Shown: positions 10,150 through 19,249, counted from the stretch's first letter. The stretch is DNA of 64,000 nucleotides from an uncultured Alphaproteobacteria bacterium (GCA_963719805.1 CAVRDF010000004.1:150716-214715), one strand, 5' to 3'. Notes: a model not told the origin generated them from the sequence alone. Translations and numbers: made by a program.

Positions 10150-10737
10150 ATGACGCTCCTGTATGTTCAAGACATGGGTGGTTGCCGTTGCGGTTGCCTG
10201 ACCTTCTTGGTCTGCCTGCTTGCCGCCTGTGCCGGGCCTGGTGGCGGACTGCCAATGCTGCCGGTCGCCGATGGCGCCGCTTATCGCCTTGGTCCCGGTG
10301 ACCAAGTCCGGATTATCACCTTCGGCGAGGACAACCTGACCGGCGAGTTCCGCGTCAACGATAGTGGCAACATTGCCCTGCCGCTGACCGGTGCGGTGCA
10401 CGCTGGCGGCCTCTCTTCCGACGAACTGGAATTTGCTGTTGGCGCCGCCCTTCGCCGCGCCAAACTGGTACGCAACCCGTCCGTTGCGGTCGAGGTCATT
10501 GCCTACCGGCCTATTTATGTATTGGGCGAGGTGAACAAACCGGGCCAGTATCCGTACCAACCCGGCATGACGGTGGTAACCGCGGTCGCTGTGGCCGGTG
10601 GCTTCACCTATCGCGCTGTCGAGGACTATGCTGCGATCGTTCGAACCACCGAGGGCACGGCCATTGAAGGTAAAGCCAGCCGCCAGGCATTCGTGCGACC
10701 TGGCGACGTCATTACCGTCTTCGAGCGTCGCTTCTAG
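10150..10737 (+). CDS. polysaccharide export outer-membrane lipoprotein, Wza/ExoF-like
   Basis: Lipobox LLAAC, then YRLGPGDQVRIITFGEDNLTGEFRVNDSGNIALPL (Poly_export motif) and an SLBB-like C-terminus ending PGDVITVFERRF. The start is ambiguous: ATGs at 10111, 10150 and 10174. Confidence 0.85.
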   Translation: MTLLYVQDMGGCRCGCLTFLVCLLAACAGPGGGLPMLPVADGAAYRLGPGDQVRIITFGEDNLTGEFRVNDSGNIALPLTGAVHAGGLSSDELEFAVGAALRRAKLVRNPSVAVEVIAYRPIYVLGEVNKPGQYPYQPGMTVVTAVAVAGGFTYRAVEDYAAIVRTTEGTAIEGKASRQAFVRPGDVITVFERRF

Positions 10738-11545
10738 CTATCGCGTCGCCATCCTGCTGGCCGCATTGTTGACAATTGCCGTGGGTCGCGATTCTTCCGC
10801 TCCAGGACCGCTGCACATCATCGGCAACGACAACGCCGGTTGCATAGCCGGTGCCGTGCGTCTGCCGGCTGACGGCACCGGTTTCCAGACCATCCACGCG
10901 GCACGAAGTTCCTTCTGGGGTGCGCCCTCGGCCATCGCGGGCATCGAGAAGCTTGGCGAGGAGACGCGTGCGGCTGGACTGGGAGACTTCTATATCGAGG
11001 ACATCAGCCGGTCACGTGGCGGACCGCTGCCGCCGGGCGGACATGTGAGCCACCAACTCGGCCTGGATGCCGATATCGGACTCGATGTGACGCCCAAGCG
11101 GGCGCTCACGCCGGCCGAACGGGAAAGCGTCCAGCTGCCGAGCATTGTGCGTGCCGATCAGCGGGGCATTGAGCCCGGACATTGGTCGCCGCGGGTGGTA
11201 GAGCTGCTGCATCTTGCCGCCACGCTCCCGGGCATTGACCGCATCCTGGTCAATGCGGCGATCAAAAAGCAGCTCTGCGACACCGTGCAAGGCGACCGAT
11301 CGTGGCTGCGCATGATCCGGCCGTGGTACGACCATTCGGCGCATATGCACGTGCATTTCCGCTGTCCGGCGGATCAACACGACTGTATCGACATCCCGCC
11401 GCAGCCAGCCGGTGAGAGTTGCGACGCAACGTTGCAATGGTGGTTCGACCTGCTCGATGCACCGCCCAAGCCATCCGCACCGTCTCATCCGCCTCCGCGT
11501 CCGCGCCTGCCTGCCGCCTGTAAGGCGGTGATGGACGCGCCATAG
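10628..11545 (+). CDS. mepA: penicillin-insensitive murein endopeptidase
   Basis: Contains CIAGAVRLPADGTGFQ...FWGAPS...HVSHQLGLDADI...WYDHSAHMHVHFRCP (His/Asp zinc ligands of MepA). The start is uncertain. The only in-frame ATG/GTG codons upstream of the signal-like VAILLAALLTIAVG are 10598 and 10628, and both overlap the wza-like gene. Confidence 0.8.
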   Translation: MLRSFEPPRARPLKVKPAARHSCDLATSLPSSSVASSYRVAILLAALLTIAVGRDSSAPGPLHIIGNDNAGCIAGAVRLPADGTGFQTIHAARSSFWGAPSAIAGIEKLGEETRAAGLGDFYIEDISRSRGGPLPPGGHVSHQLGLDADIGLDVTPKRALTPAERESVQLPSIVRADQRGIEPGHWSPRVVELLHLAATLPGIDRILVNAAIKKQLCDTVQGDRSWLRMIRPWYDHSAHMHVHFRCPADQHDCIDIPPQPAGESCDATLQWWFDLLDAPPKPSAPSHPPPRPRLPAACKAVMDAP

Positions 11546-11552
11546 ATGGAAA

Positions 11553-12857
11553 CTATAGCGCGGACGCCAGCCCCCGCATTGTCCGGTTGAATGCCGCAGT
11601 GGTTTCCTGCTGGGCATGATGCACGCCGTCGCGCACTACCCATCGTCCCGCGACCATCACATGCCGGACCGGCGTGTCGTTGCCTGAAAACAGCCAGGCG
11701 TCGATCATGCTATCGCCGTTGCGTCCGATCAGTGCCGGATGCTCGACATCCAGCACAACAAGATCGGACAACCTGCCTGGTGCGATCGCACCCGTGTTGC
11801 GCCCAAGCGCCTGGGCGCCACCAGCGATAGCGCCATCGAACAACCCGCTCGTGACGTTGCGTGTCCGCGTCTGCAGGCGGCGGATGTACTCCAGCCACCG
11901 CAACTCTTCGACCGGGCTGGTCCCCATATTGGAATCGCTGCCAATGCCAAAACGGCCGGATTCCCCGAGAAACTCGCACAGCGGAAAAATGCCGTCGCCG
12001 AGATTGGCTTCGGTGGTCTGACACAAGCCGGCAATCGCACCGCTTGCCGCAAGCTGTTGCCGCTCGTTCGCATCTATGTGCGTCGCGTGCACCAGGCACC
12101 AACGCTGATCGACCGGCGCGTGGTCGAGCAGCCATGCGACTGGTCGAATGCCGCTCCAGGCCATGCAGTCGGCGACTTCTTTTTCCTGTTCGGACACGTG
12201 GATATGGATCGGCCGATCACCCGCGATGGTAATCGCGATGTCCAGTTCCGCGGGTGTCACGGCGCGCAGCGAATGCGGCGCGACACCGTCACCGGTACGC
12301 GCGAGCAACCTGGCGTATTCGTCAAGCGAAAGCACGAACCGACGCTGGCCTTCCGTAGGAGGCGCACCGCCGAACTGTGAATGGCGATACAACACGGGCA
12401 GCAAGGTCATGCCGATGCCGGCGTGCTCTGCTGCTGCGACGATGCGATGTGCCATCTCGGCGACATCGGCATAGCGCGAGCCATCCGGCGCGTTGTGCAG
12501 ATAGTGGAATTCGGCAACCGAGGTGTAGCCATGCCGCAGGCACTCCACATATAGCTGCGCAGCGATCGCTTCCACGTCCTCCGGGGTCAGCACTGCGAGG
12601 AAGCGGTACATCACCTCGCGCCAGGACCAGAAGTTGTCGCCTTCGGGTCCGGGGCGTTCGGTCAGTCCCGCCATTGCCCGTTGGAACGCATGCGAGTGAA
12701 GGTTCGGCATGCCGGGAACCACCAGTCCGGGAATGTGTTCGGCTTGTTCTTCTGAGTCCGGCGCCACGGAGGTGATGACACCGTCATCGGCCACGTCGAT
12801 CAGCACGCGCTGAGCGACATGTCCGTCGATCAGCGCTGCATCGGCCAGATAGCGCAT
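11553..12857 (-). CDS. hutF: formimidoylglutamate deiminase-like amidohydrolase (HutF family)
   Basis: MRYLADAALIDG...PGMPNLHSHAFQRAMAGLTE...VHATH matches the HutF signature HSHAFQRxxAG. The start is the ATG at 12857, 1 nt after the stop of the upstream RraA-like gene. Confidence 0.8.
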   Translation of the reverse strand: MRYLADAALIDGHVAQRVLIDVADDGVITSVAPDSEEQAEHIPGLVVPGMPNLHSHAFQRAMAGLTERPGPEGDNFWSWREVMYRFLAVLTPEDVEAIAAQLYVECLRHGYTSVAEFHYLHNAPDGSRYADVAEMAHRIVAAAEHAGIGMTLLPVLYRHSQFGGAPPTEGQRRFVLSLDEYARLLARTGDGVAPHSLRAVTPAELDIAITIAGDRPIHIHVSEQEKEVADCMAWSGIRPVAWLLDHAPVDQRWCLVHATHIDANERQQLAASGAIAGLCQTTEANLGDGIFPLCEFLGESGRFGIGSDSNMGTSPVEELRWLEYIRRLQTRTRNVTSGLFDGAIAGGAQALGRNTGAIAPGRLSDLVVLDVEHPALIGRNGDSMIDAWLFSGNDTPVRHVMVAGRWVVRDGVHHAQQETTAAFNRTMRGLASAL

Positions 12858-12858
12858 G

Positions 12859-13578
12859 TCAGGCTTTTGTTCGCCTGGCGCGCCATTGTTCAAACGCCGC
12901 CTTGGTCGCCTCGCTTGGCGGGTAGGTTCCCGGCAGCGCTGCACCACCGATCACCCGTTCCAGTAGGAATTCCTCCAGTTCCTCCTGCTCAGCCGCATCG
13001 CGCGCCACCTCATCGGCGATCCCGATCGGGATCACCACGACGCCGTCGCGGTCGCCAACAATCAGGTCACCCGGATACACCGCGACCCCACCACAGCCGA
13101 TCGGCGTGTTGCTTTCCACAGCATGATGCCGGGCGAGATTCAGCGGCGCGCTCGGGCCCGAGCCGTATACCGGGAACGGCATTTCGCCGATCGGGCCGGC
13201 GTCACGGATGCCTCCATCACCGACCAAGCCGGCGACACCGCGCGTCATAAGCCGCGCCACCAGAATCTGCCCGGCGCAGGCGGCGCGTGTATCGCCGCGA
13301 CAGTCGATCACGAGCACATGCCCGGCCGGGGTGATTTCGATCGCGCGCCGCTGCGGATGCTCCGGACTGGTGAACACGGCAACGCCGTCTAGGTCCTCGC
13401 GCGCCGGGATGTTGCGCAGCGTGAAGGCAGGTCCGACCAAGTTGCTGTCGTAATCACCCAGGGCTTGCACCCCTTGCATGAACGCATTGCGCAAGCCGCG
13501 CTTGAACAACTGCGTGGTCAACGTCGCTGTGCTGACCAGACGAAGAAGATCTATGGTCTTGGCGCTTGCTTCTGGCAT
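12859..13578 (-). CDS. RraA-family protein (HMG/oxaloacetate aldolase-decarboxylase-like)
   Basis: The 239-aa product carries ...IDCRGDTRAACAGQILVARLMTRGVAGLVGDGGIRD..., the RraA/demethylmenaquinone-methyltransferase-like fold signature. Confidence 0.75.
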   Translation of the reverse strand: MPEASAKTIDLLRLVSTATLTTQLFKRGLRNAFMQGVQALGDYDSNLVGPAFTLRNIPAREDLDGVAVFTSPEHPQRRAIEITPAGHVLVIDCRGDTRAACAGQILVARLMTRGVAGLVGDGGIRDAGPIGEMPFPVYGSGPSAPLNLARHHAVESNTPIGCGGVAVYPGDLIVGDRDGVVVIPIGIADEVARDAAEQEELEEFLLERVIGGAALPGTYPPSEATKAAFEQWRARRTKA

Positions 13579-13694
13579 TCGCGCAGCCTGCCGCAGCGTC
13601 TCCGTCGGGGCAATGCGTTCGCATCCTTGCCTCGCTCCCGGCCATCGTTCTAGAACGTATGGCGAACGAGCTGGTCGCCTCGGAGGCGCTTGTC

Positions 13695-14945
13695 ATGCAT
13701 GTCCTGATCATTGGCGGTGGCATCGGTGGCCTGGCCACGGCGCTCTCACTGCATGAAGTTGGCATTGGCTGCACGGTGTTCGAGCAGGTGCGCGAATTGC
13801 GGGAACTTGGTGTCGGCATCAACACCCTGCCGCACGCAATCAAGGAACTGGCGGCGCTCGGTCTGCTGCCCGCACTCGACCGAGCCGGCATTCGTACGCG
13901 CGAGTTGATCTACGCCAATCGCTTCGGTCAGGTCGTGTGGCGTGAGTTGCGCGGTACCGACGCCGGCCTCGATACGCCGCAGTTCTCGATTCATCGCGGC
14001 AAGCTCCACACGGTGCTGCTCGATGCGGTGCGCAATCGGCTTGGAGATAACGCCGTGCACGCCGGCTGCCGCCTCGTCTCCTTCACCGAGCGGGGCGATC
14101 GTATCCAGGCGCGCTTCGCGGAACGCGAGGGCGGCGAGACGTTCGAAGTCGATGGCGACGTGCTGGTTGGTGCCGACGGCATCCATTCTGTTGTGCGCGC
14201 GGCGTTCTATCCGGACGAAGGGCCACCGGTGTGGAACGGCATGATGCTCTGGCGCGGCGCTGCCGATTGGCCGGTCTATGTCGATGGCCGCACCATGGTG
14301 ATCTCCGGCGGCATGGGGCAAAAGTTCGTATTCTATCCGATCCATGCCGATCCGTCCGCACCGCAGCAGCGACTGACCAACTGGGCGGTGATGGCGCGTA
14401 TCGGCGATGGTTCGGGCTTGCCGCCACGGCGCGAGGACTGGAACCGTGCGGGCCAGTTCGAGGAAGTCGAGCCGTTCGTGCGTGACCGCTTCCGCCTGGA
14501 TTTTGTCGATCCATTGGCGCTGATCCGCGCCTCCGGCACGTTCTATGAGTATCCGATGTGCGATCGTGATCCGCTGCCGCGCTGGTCGTTCGGCCGTGCA
14601 ACGTTGCTTGGTGACGCGGCGCATCCGATGTATCCCGTCGGCTCCAACGGTGCGAGCCAGGCGGTGCTGGATGCGCGCACTCTGGCGCGATTGCTTGCGG
14701 CCGCTGATCCCGTCACCGCGTTGGCGGCGTACGATGCGGAGCGCCGGCCGATGACAGCAGAGATTGTGCTGAACAACCGCAAAGGCGGACCCGAGCGCGT
14801 TATCGACGTGCTGGAGGAACGCGCGCCCAATGGATTTGACGACGTTGAAACCGTGGCCTCATACGCTGAACGCGAAGCTATCGTTCGCGGCTATGCGTCC
14901 ATGGCCGGTTTTGCCAAGGAGCAAGTGAATAAGAGCCACAGATGA
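13695..14945 (+). CDS. FAD-dependent aromatic-ring monooxygenase
   Basis: N-terminal MHVLIIGGGIGGLATAL dinucleotide fold and C-terminal LLGDAAHPMYPVGSNGASQAVLDA FAD motif. An alternative ATG lies at 13659. Confidence 0.85.
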   Translation: MHVLIIGGGIGGLATALSLHEVGIGCTVFEQVRELRELGVGINTLPHAIKELAALGLLPALDRAGIRTRELIYANRFGQVVWRELRGTDAGLDTPQFSIHRGKLHTVLLDAVRNRLGDNAVHAGCRLVSFTERGDRIQARFAEREGGETFEVDGDVLVGADGIHSVVRAAFYPDEGPPVWNGMMLWRGAADWPVYVDGRTMVISGGMGQKFVFYPIHADPSAPQQRLTNWAVMARIGDGSGLPPRREDWNRAGQFEEVEPFVRDRFRLDFVDPLALIRASGTFYEYPMCDRDPLPRWSFGRATLLGDAAHPMYPVGSNGASQAVLDARTLARLLAAADPVTALAAYDAERRPMTAEIVLNNRKGGPERVIDVLEERAPNGFDDVETVASYAEREAIVRGYASMAGFAKEQVNKSHR

Positions 14946-14990
14946 ACACCGATAAGCTGCGTATCCGTGTCCATCTGTGGTTCCATTTTG

Positions 14991-15443
14991 TTATGCCGGG
15001 GGTGGCAGGAAATTCACTTCATGCAGCCCGGCAAGCCTAACCACCTCGGCTGGATCGGGTACGTTGTCGATCGCGGTGAACAGATCCCATAGCTTGCGCG
15101 TGGGTGATACCCAGAACAGGCAGGTGATATTCGACGTGCCGTTGTTGAACAGCCCGTGCGGAATGCCACGCGGCAGCCGGATCAGGTCGCCAGCCGAGGC
15201 ATTCGCGGCCTGGCCGTCCAGCACGAGGTCGAAGCGCCCTTCGAACACGTAGATGAACTCATCCTGCATCGGATGAATGTGTGGCGGCACAAACGTGCCT
15301 GGCGGCAGCAGCGCATGCCAGGAGAAGCTGCTCTCGGTGACTTCCAAAGGCGTATAGGTCTGGCCGAGAATGTGCCAGACGACACCATTGACGCTGCTGC
15401 CTTGCTGAGTGACGCCGGCGGTCATGGGCGCGGGGGTGGGCAT
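14991..15443 (-). CDS. cupin-domain protein
   Basis: Contains PPHIHPMQDEFIYVFEG (cupin motif 1) and LPRGIPHGLFN (motif 2). GAGGAG lies 6 nt upstream of the ATG at 15443. Confidence 0.8.
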   Translation of the reverse strand: MPTPAPMTAGVTQQGSSVNGVVWHILGQTYTPLEVTESSFSWHALLPPGTFVPPHIHPMQDEFIYVFEGRFDLVLDGQAANASAGDLIRLPRGIPHGLFNNGTSNITCLFWVSPTRKLWDLFTAIDNVPDPAEVVRLAGLHEVNFLPPPA

Positions 15444-15538
15444 GACGGTCTCCTCGGGTAAATCGGTAAGCGGGGATTGTATCTCAAGCTCAACCGAATG
15501 AGGATCGGGCAGGTCTTACTCCTGGGAGACAGATAACC

Positions 15539-16384
15539 ATGACCACCAAACTCGGCCGCCGATCGCTGGCCGGAGCCGCCGCCGTGCTGCCGGCCACAAC
15601 GTTCATCGGTTCCGCGCGGGCGCAGAGCACGAACGAGGCGACATTCGACCGCGTCCGCCGTACCAAGACACTGCGTATCGCCGCCTTGCCGGGTGAATTG
15701 CCGTATTTCCAAAAGGACCTCGCATCCGGCGAATGGAGCGGCGCGTGCATCGACATGGCCAAGGACATCGCCAAGGTGTTCGACGCCGAGCTCGCTTACG
15801 TCGAATCAACCTACGGTAATTCGGTGCTCGACCTGCAATCGAACAAGGTCGATCTCGCCTTCGCTCTCAACCCGACACCGCAACGCGCGCTATCCGTCGG
15901 CTTTGCCCATGCCGCTATCGTGCATCCCATTGGTGCGGTGGTGCGCAAGGGCCTCGATCCAACCACCTGGGACGACATCAACAAACCGGACATCCGTATC
16001 GTCTATGACATCGGTTCGCTGCATGAGGTCGTGGCAAAACGCTACTGTTCGAAGGCGCAGCTGACCGGCTTCAAGACCCGAGACGACTGCACACTGGCGA
16101 TGTCATCCGGCCGCGCCGATGTGCACGTGCTGGCAGCAATTCTTGGCCTGGCCGCACTGGGCAAGAACCCGCAGCTTGGCACCTATCATCTGCTGACTGG
16201 CCCGCTGGTCGCGCTGCCGAGCTGCCTCGCGATACAACGCGAGTCCGATACGCGCTTTCTGGACGTGATCAACGCCTGGATCGACTTCAACCGAGGTACC
16301 GCGCAGATCCGAGAATGGCTGCTGGCCGGTCTCGGCAAGTTCGGTGTCTCGCGCGATCAGGTCCCCGCGACACTGAGCTTCTGA
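15539..16384 (+). CDS. amino-acid ABC transporter substrate-binding protein (family 3)
   Basis: Signal MTTKLGRRSLAGAAAVLPATTFIGSARAQ, followed by an SBP_bac_3-like two-lobe sequence. Confidence 0.85.
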   Translation: MTTKLGRRSLAGAAAVLPATTFIGSARAQSTNEATFDRVRRTKTLRIAALPGELPYFQKDLASGEWSGACIDMAKDIAKVFDAELAYVESTYGNSVLDLQSNKVDLAFALNPTPQRALSVGFAHAAIVHPIGAVVRKGLDPTTWDDINKPDIRIVYDIGSLHEVVAKRYCSKAQLTGFKTRDDCTLAMSSGRADVHVLAAILGLAALGKNPQLGTYHLLTGPLVALPSCLAIQRESDTRFLDVINAWIDFNRGTAQIREWLLAGLGKFGVSRDQVPATLSF

Positions 16385-16433
16385 ACAGGCCAGGGAAGGG
16401 GACGCGACCGTCTTCTCCCCACGCAGCACCAGT

Positions 16434-17096
16434 ATGTATCAGTGGGACTTCGCCTTTCTGACACGCTACACGCCCCTGTTCGTCAAGGGCGTGATGGTGA
16501 CGCTTGCCTATACGGTTGCAACCATTCTGCTCGGCCTGTTCATTGGTCTTGTCTTGGGCCTCGGCCGGCTGTCGCGCTCCAAGCTGCTGAATATCCCGCT
16601 GATCGGCTTCATCGAAGCGTTCCGATGCACGCCGCTGCTGGTGCAAATCGTCTGGTTCTATTATGCACTGCCCGTACTGCTGAATATCCAGATCCCCGCG
16701 ACGACTGCGGCGGTATTGGTGCTGTCCTGCTACACTGGCGCATTTTATGCCGAGATCTTCCGTGGCGGCATCATCTCAATCGAAAGCGGCCAGTGGGATG
16801 CCGCGCGTGCTCTTGGCCTCCGGCGCTGGCCGATGATGCGAAAGGTGATCCTGCCGCAGGCGATCAAGCGAATGGTCCCGCCGTTCGTCAACCAATCGAT
16901 CACCCAGCTCAAGAACACGTCGCTGGTATCGACGATTGCGGTGCCGGACCTGCTCTACCAGGGCACCCTGATCACCGCTGACACGTATCGTCCGCTCGAG
17001 GTCTATACGGTTGTGGCACTGATCTATTTCGCCATGCTGTTTCCCAGCACGCTGCTCGCGCAGGCGTACGAACGGCATTTGGCGAAAGGCCGGTAG
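16434..17096 (+). CDS. amino-acid ABC transporter permease (His/Glu/Gln/Arg/opine family)
   Basis: The 220-aa product carries the EAA-loop region IESGQWDAARALGLRRWPMMRKVILPQA. No cognate ATPase gene is adjacent. Confidence 0.9.
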   Translation: MYQWDFAFLTRYTPLFVKGVMVTLAYTVATILLGLFIGLVLGLGRLSRSKLLNIPLIGFIEAFRCTPLLVQIVWFYYALPVLLNIQIPATTAAVLVLSCYTGAFYAEIFRGGIISIESGQWDAARALGLRRWPMMRKVILPQAIKRMVPPFVNQSITQLKNTSLVSTIAVPDLLYQGTLITADTYRPLEVYTVVALIYFAMLFPSTLLAQAYERHLAKGR

Positions 17097-17113
17097 ACGC
17101 CCCGGATCTGTTG

Positions 17114-18289
17114 CTATTTTCGCGGCAGCAGCTGCTCCGCCAGCGCCGCCCAGTAGGACGCGCCAACCGGAAGGATCTCGTCATTGAAGTCGTAGCGCGG
17201 GTGATGCACCATCGCGTCGGTCTTGGTGCGGCCGCCGCCCAGCATGATGTAGCTGCCTTGCTTCGCGTTCAACATGAACGAGAAGTCCTCACCGCCCATG
17301 GTGGGCTTCACCATCGGTACCACGCGTGCTTCTCCCGCGACAGATTCGGCCGCGCGGCGCGTCAGTGTCGTCGCTTCGGGATCGTTGATGGTTGCCGGAT
17401 AATCGCGGCTGAACACCACATTGGCCTTGGCACCGAAGCTCTCGGCGATGCCGGTCGCGAGGGTACGAACGCCATTTTCCAACTGATCCCCGACGTGCGG
17501 ATCGAACCAGCGTGCGGTGCCCAGCATGCGCACCGTCTCTGGGATCACGTTATAAGTGTGGCCGCCGTTGATGTGGCCGATGGTGACGACACCGCTTTCC
17601 AGCGGTTCGACGTTGCGCGCCACGATACTCTGCAACGCCGTTACGATGTGACTGGCGATCACGATGGGATCGATGCCGAAATGCGGCATCGCGCCGTGCG
17701 CGCCCTTGCCGGTGACGTCGATTTCGATATTCGCCACCGCCGCCATGATGGGCCCGTCGCGCCAGGCAAAAGTGCCGGCAGGCATCTGCGGCCAGTTGTG
17801 CAGGCCGAACACCATCTCCATCGGGCAGCGCTCGAACAGCCCGTCCTTCACCATGATGTCGCCGCCCGCGAAGTTCTCCTCGGCCGGCTGAAAGATCACA
17901 TAGACGGTGCCATCGAAGTTCCGTGTTTCGGCCAGGTACTTTGCAGCTCCGAGCAGCATGGTGGTGTGGCCGTCATGGCCGCACGCGTGCATCACACCTT
18001 GATTCTGCGATGCGTGCGGCAGTCCGGTCTCTTCAAGTATTGGCAAGGCATCCATGTCGGCGCGCAGCCCAATCGCGCGGGTGGAGCCGCTGCCGCCGCG
18101 GATCACGCCAACCACGCCGGTGGTTGCCATGCCGGTGATCACCTCATCGACGCCGAATTCCTTCAGCTTCTGCTGCACCACGCCGCTGGTTCGCGTCTCT
18201 TGCAAGGCCAGTTCGGGATGCATGTGCAGGTCGTGCCGCCACTCGGTCATCTCGCGATGGAACTCGGCTATCCGGTTGATGATCGGCAT
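17114..18289 (-). CDS. M20D-family amidohydrolase (N-acyl-amino-acid / hippurate hydrolase-like)
   Basis: Contains WRHDLHMHPEL...GLRADMDALP...MHACGHDGH...FQPAEE, the metal-binding motifs of the M20D family. Confidence 0.9.
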   Translation of the reverse strand: MPIINRIAEFHREMTEWRHDLHMHPELALQETRTSGVVQQKLKEFGVDEVITGMATTGVVGVIRGGSGSTRAIGLRADMDALPILEETGLPHASQNQGVMHACGHDGHTTMLLGAAKYLAETRNFDGTVYVIFQPAEENFAGGDIMVKDGLFERCPMEMVFGLHNWPQMPAGTFAWRDGPIMAAVANIEIDVTGKGAHGAMPHFGIDPIVIASHIVTALQSIVARNVEPLESGVVTIGHINGGHTYNVIPETVRMLGTARWFDPHVGDQLENGVRTLATGIAESFGAKANVVFSRDYPATINDPEATTLTRRAAESVAGEARVVPMVKPTMGGEDFSFMLNAKQGSYIMLGGGRTKTDAMVHHPRYDFNDEILPVGASYWAALAEQLLPRK

Positions 18290-18291
18290 TC

Positions 18292-19122
18292 TCAGCTCCT
18301 GTCAGCGAATGTGCACGCGAGACCTGCTTGCAACGTCATCGGCTCGAACCCGAGTGTCTCGATCATCGGGCGCACGTCGAAACTCTTGTCCTCCAGCAGC
18401 CGGCGGATTTCCGCCGGGCTGACGCGGGTGTACCGCAGAAGCGAGGCGAGCGCCATCAGCGGCCCGGCTGGGATGCTGATGAAGCGTGGGCGCCGCTGGT
18501 TGGTTGCCGCGGCGATGGCGCGGACGAATTCGGCGTAGGGCAGGGGGGTGGGGCCGGCAATCACCAGCGTGTGCGGCCCCTGCCATGCACGATTCAGCGC
18601 GGCACGAATGGCACGCGTCACATCGTCCTGGTGGATCGGTTGCACCAACGCGCGCCCGCCATTCGGCAGGGGCACAACGGGAAGCCGGCGCAGCAGCGCG
18701 GCGAGGCGCTGCACGTTGTCCTCACCTTGAGCGCCATAGATCATCGTGGGATGCAGCATCACGCCGGTCCGTCCGGACCCCAAGAACGCTGCTTCGCCGG
18801 CCAGCACGCCGTTGCCATGCACATCCGGCCATCGGGTGAACTTGCGCGTGCTGCCGAGGAACACCAGCGCCGCATCTTCCGGCGCTGCATCGATCACAGC
18901 GCCGGCATATCGGGCGTGCGCACAGCAGACGATGCGTCGTGCGTCGTGCAGTGCTTCGCGCAACCGCGCGGCGTCCGTCAGATCGGCGACGCACGCACCA
19001 GGCCATTTCGCCGCATCGCGCACCATCGGGACGATCGGCACACGATCGGTCTGCAGGGAATGTGCCAACGCGCGGCCGGTGCGGCCCGACGCGCCGATGA
19101 TATGGACTGCCTCGTTCGACAT
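18292..19122 (-). CDS. NAD(P)H-binding atypical SDR (NmrA/NDUFA9-like)
   Basis: HIIGASGRTGRAL Rossmann motif in a 276-aa product. Its stop lies 2 nt before the M20 start, so the two are probably co-transcribed. Confidence 0.75.
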   Translation of the reverse strand: MSNEAVHIIGASGRTGRALAHSLQTDRVPIVPMVRDAAKWPGACVADLTDAARLREALHDARRIVCCAHARYAGAVIDAAPEDAALVFLGSTRKFTRWPDVHGNGVLAGEAAFLGSGRTGVMLHPTMIYGAQGEDNVQRLAALLRRLPVVPLPNGGRALVQPIHQDDVTRAIRAALNRAWQGPHTLVIAGPTPLPYAEFVRAIAAATNQRRPRFISIPAGPLMALASLLRYTRVSPAEIRRLLEDKSFDVRPMIETLGFEPMTLQAGLACTFADRS

Positions 19123-19141
19123 GCGCCGGACGCTTCTCTAT

Positions 19142-19221
19142 CGTCATGGCCGGGCTGGTCCCGGCCATCCGAAGTGGCACACATGCCGCAACGGATGGCC
19201 GGGACAAGCCCGGCGATGACG
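19142..19221. repeat. inverted pair of REP-type palindromic elements
   Basis: CGTCATGGCCGGGCTGGTCCCGGCCATCCG (19142-19171) and its near-perfect reverse complement CGGATGGCCGGGACAAGCCCGGCGATGACG (19192-19221) are separated by 20 nt. Each copy is itself a hairpin (GGCCGGG..CCCGGCC). They generate the spurious MAGTSPAMT ORFs. Confidence 0.8.
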
Positions 19222-19249
19222 TGGTGAGGGGAGCGCAATTTGGCTGACG

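Noticed and set aside
17111-18538. 475-aa ORF on the plus strand
   Set aside because: It is antisense to the well-supported M20 amidohydrolase and SDR genes. It is Arg/Ala/His/Gly-rich with no motif, a typical shadow ORF of high-GC DNA.
18328-19227. ORFs ending in ...MAGTSPAMT(W) (18328-19227 plus strand; 18722-19207 minus strand)
   Set aside because: The conserved-looking peptide is just the translation of the REP palindrome at 19142-19221. The remainder is antisense to or out of frame with the SDR gene.
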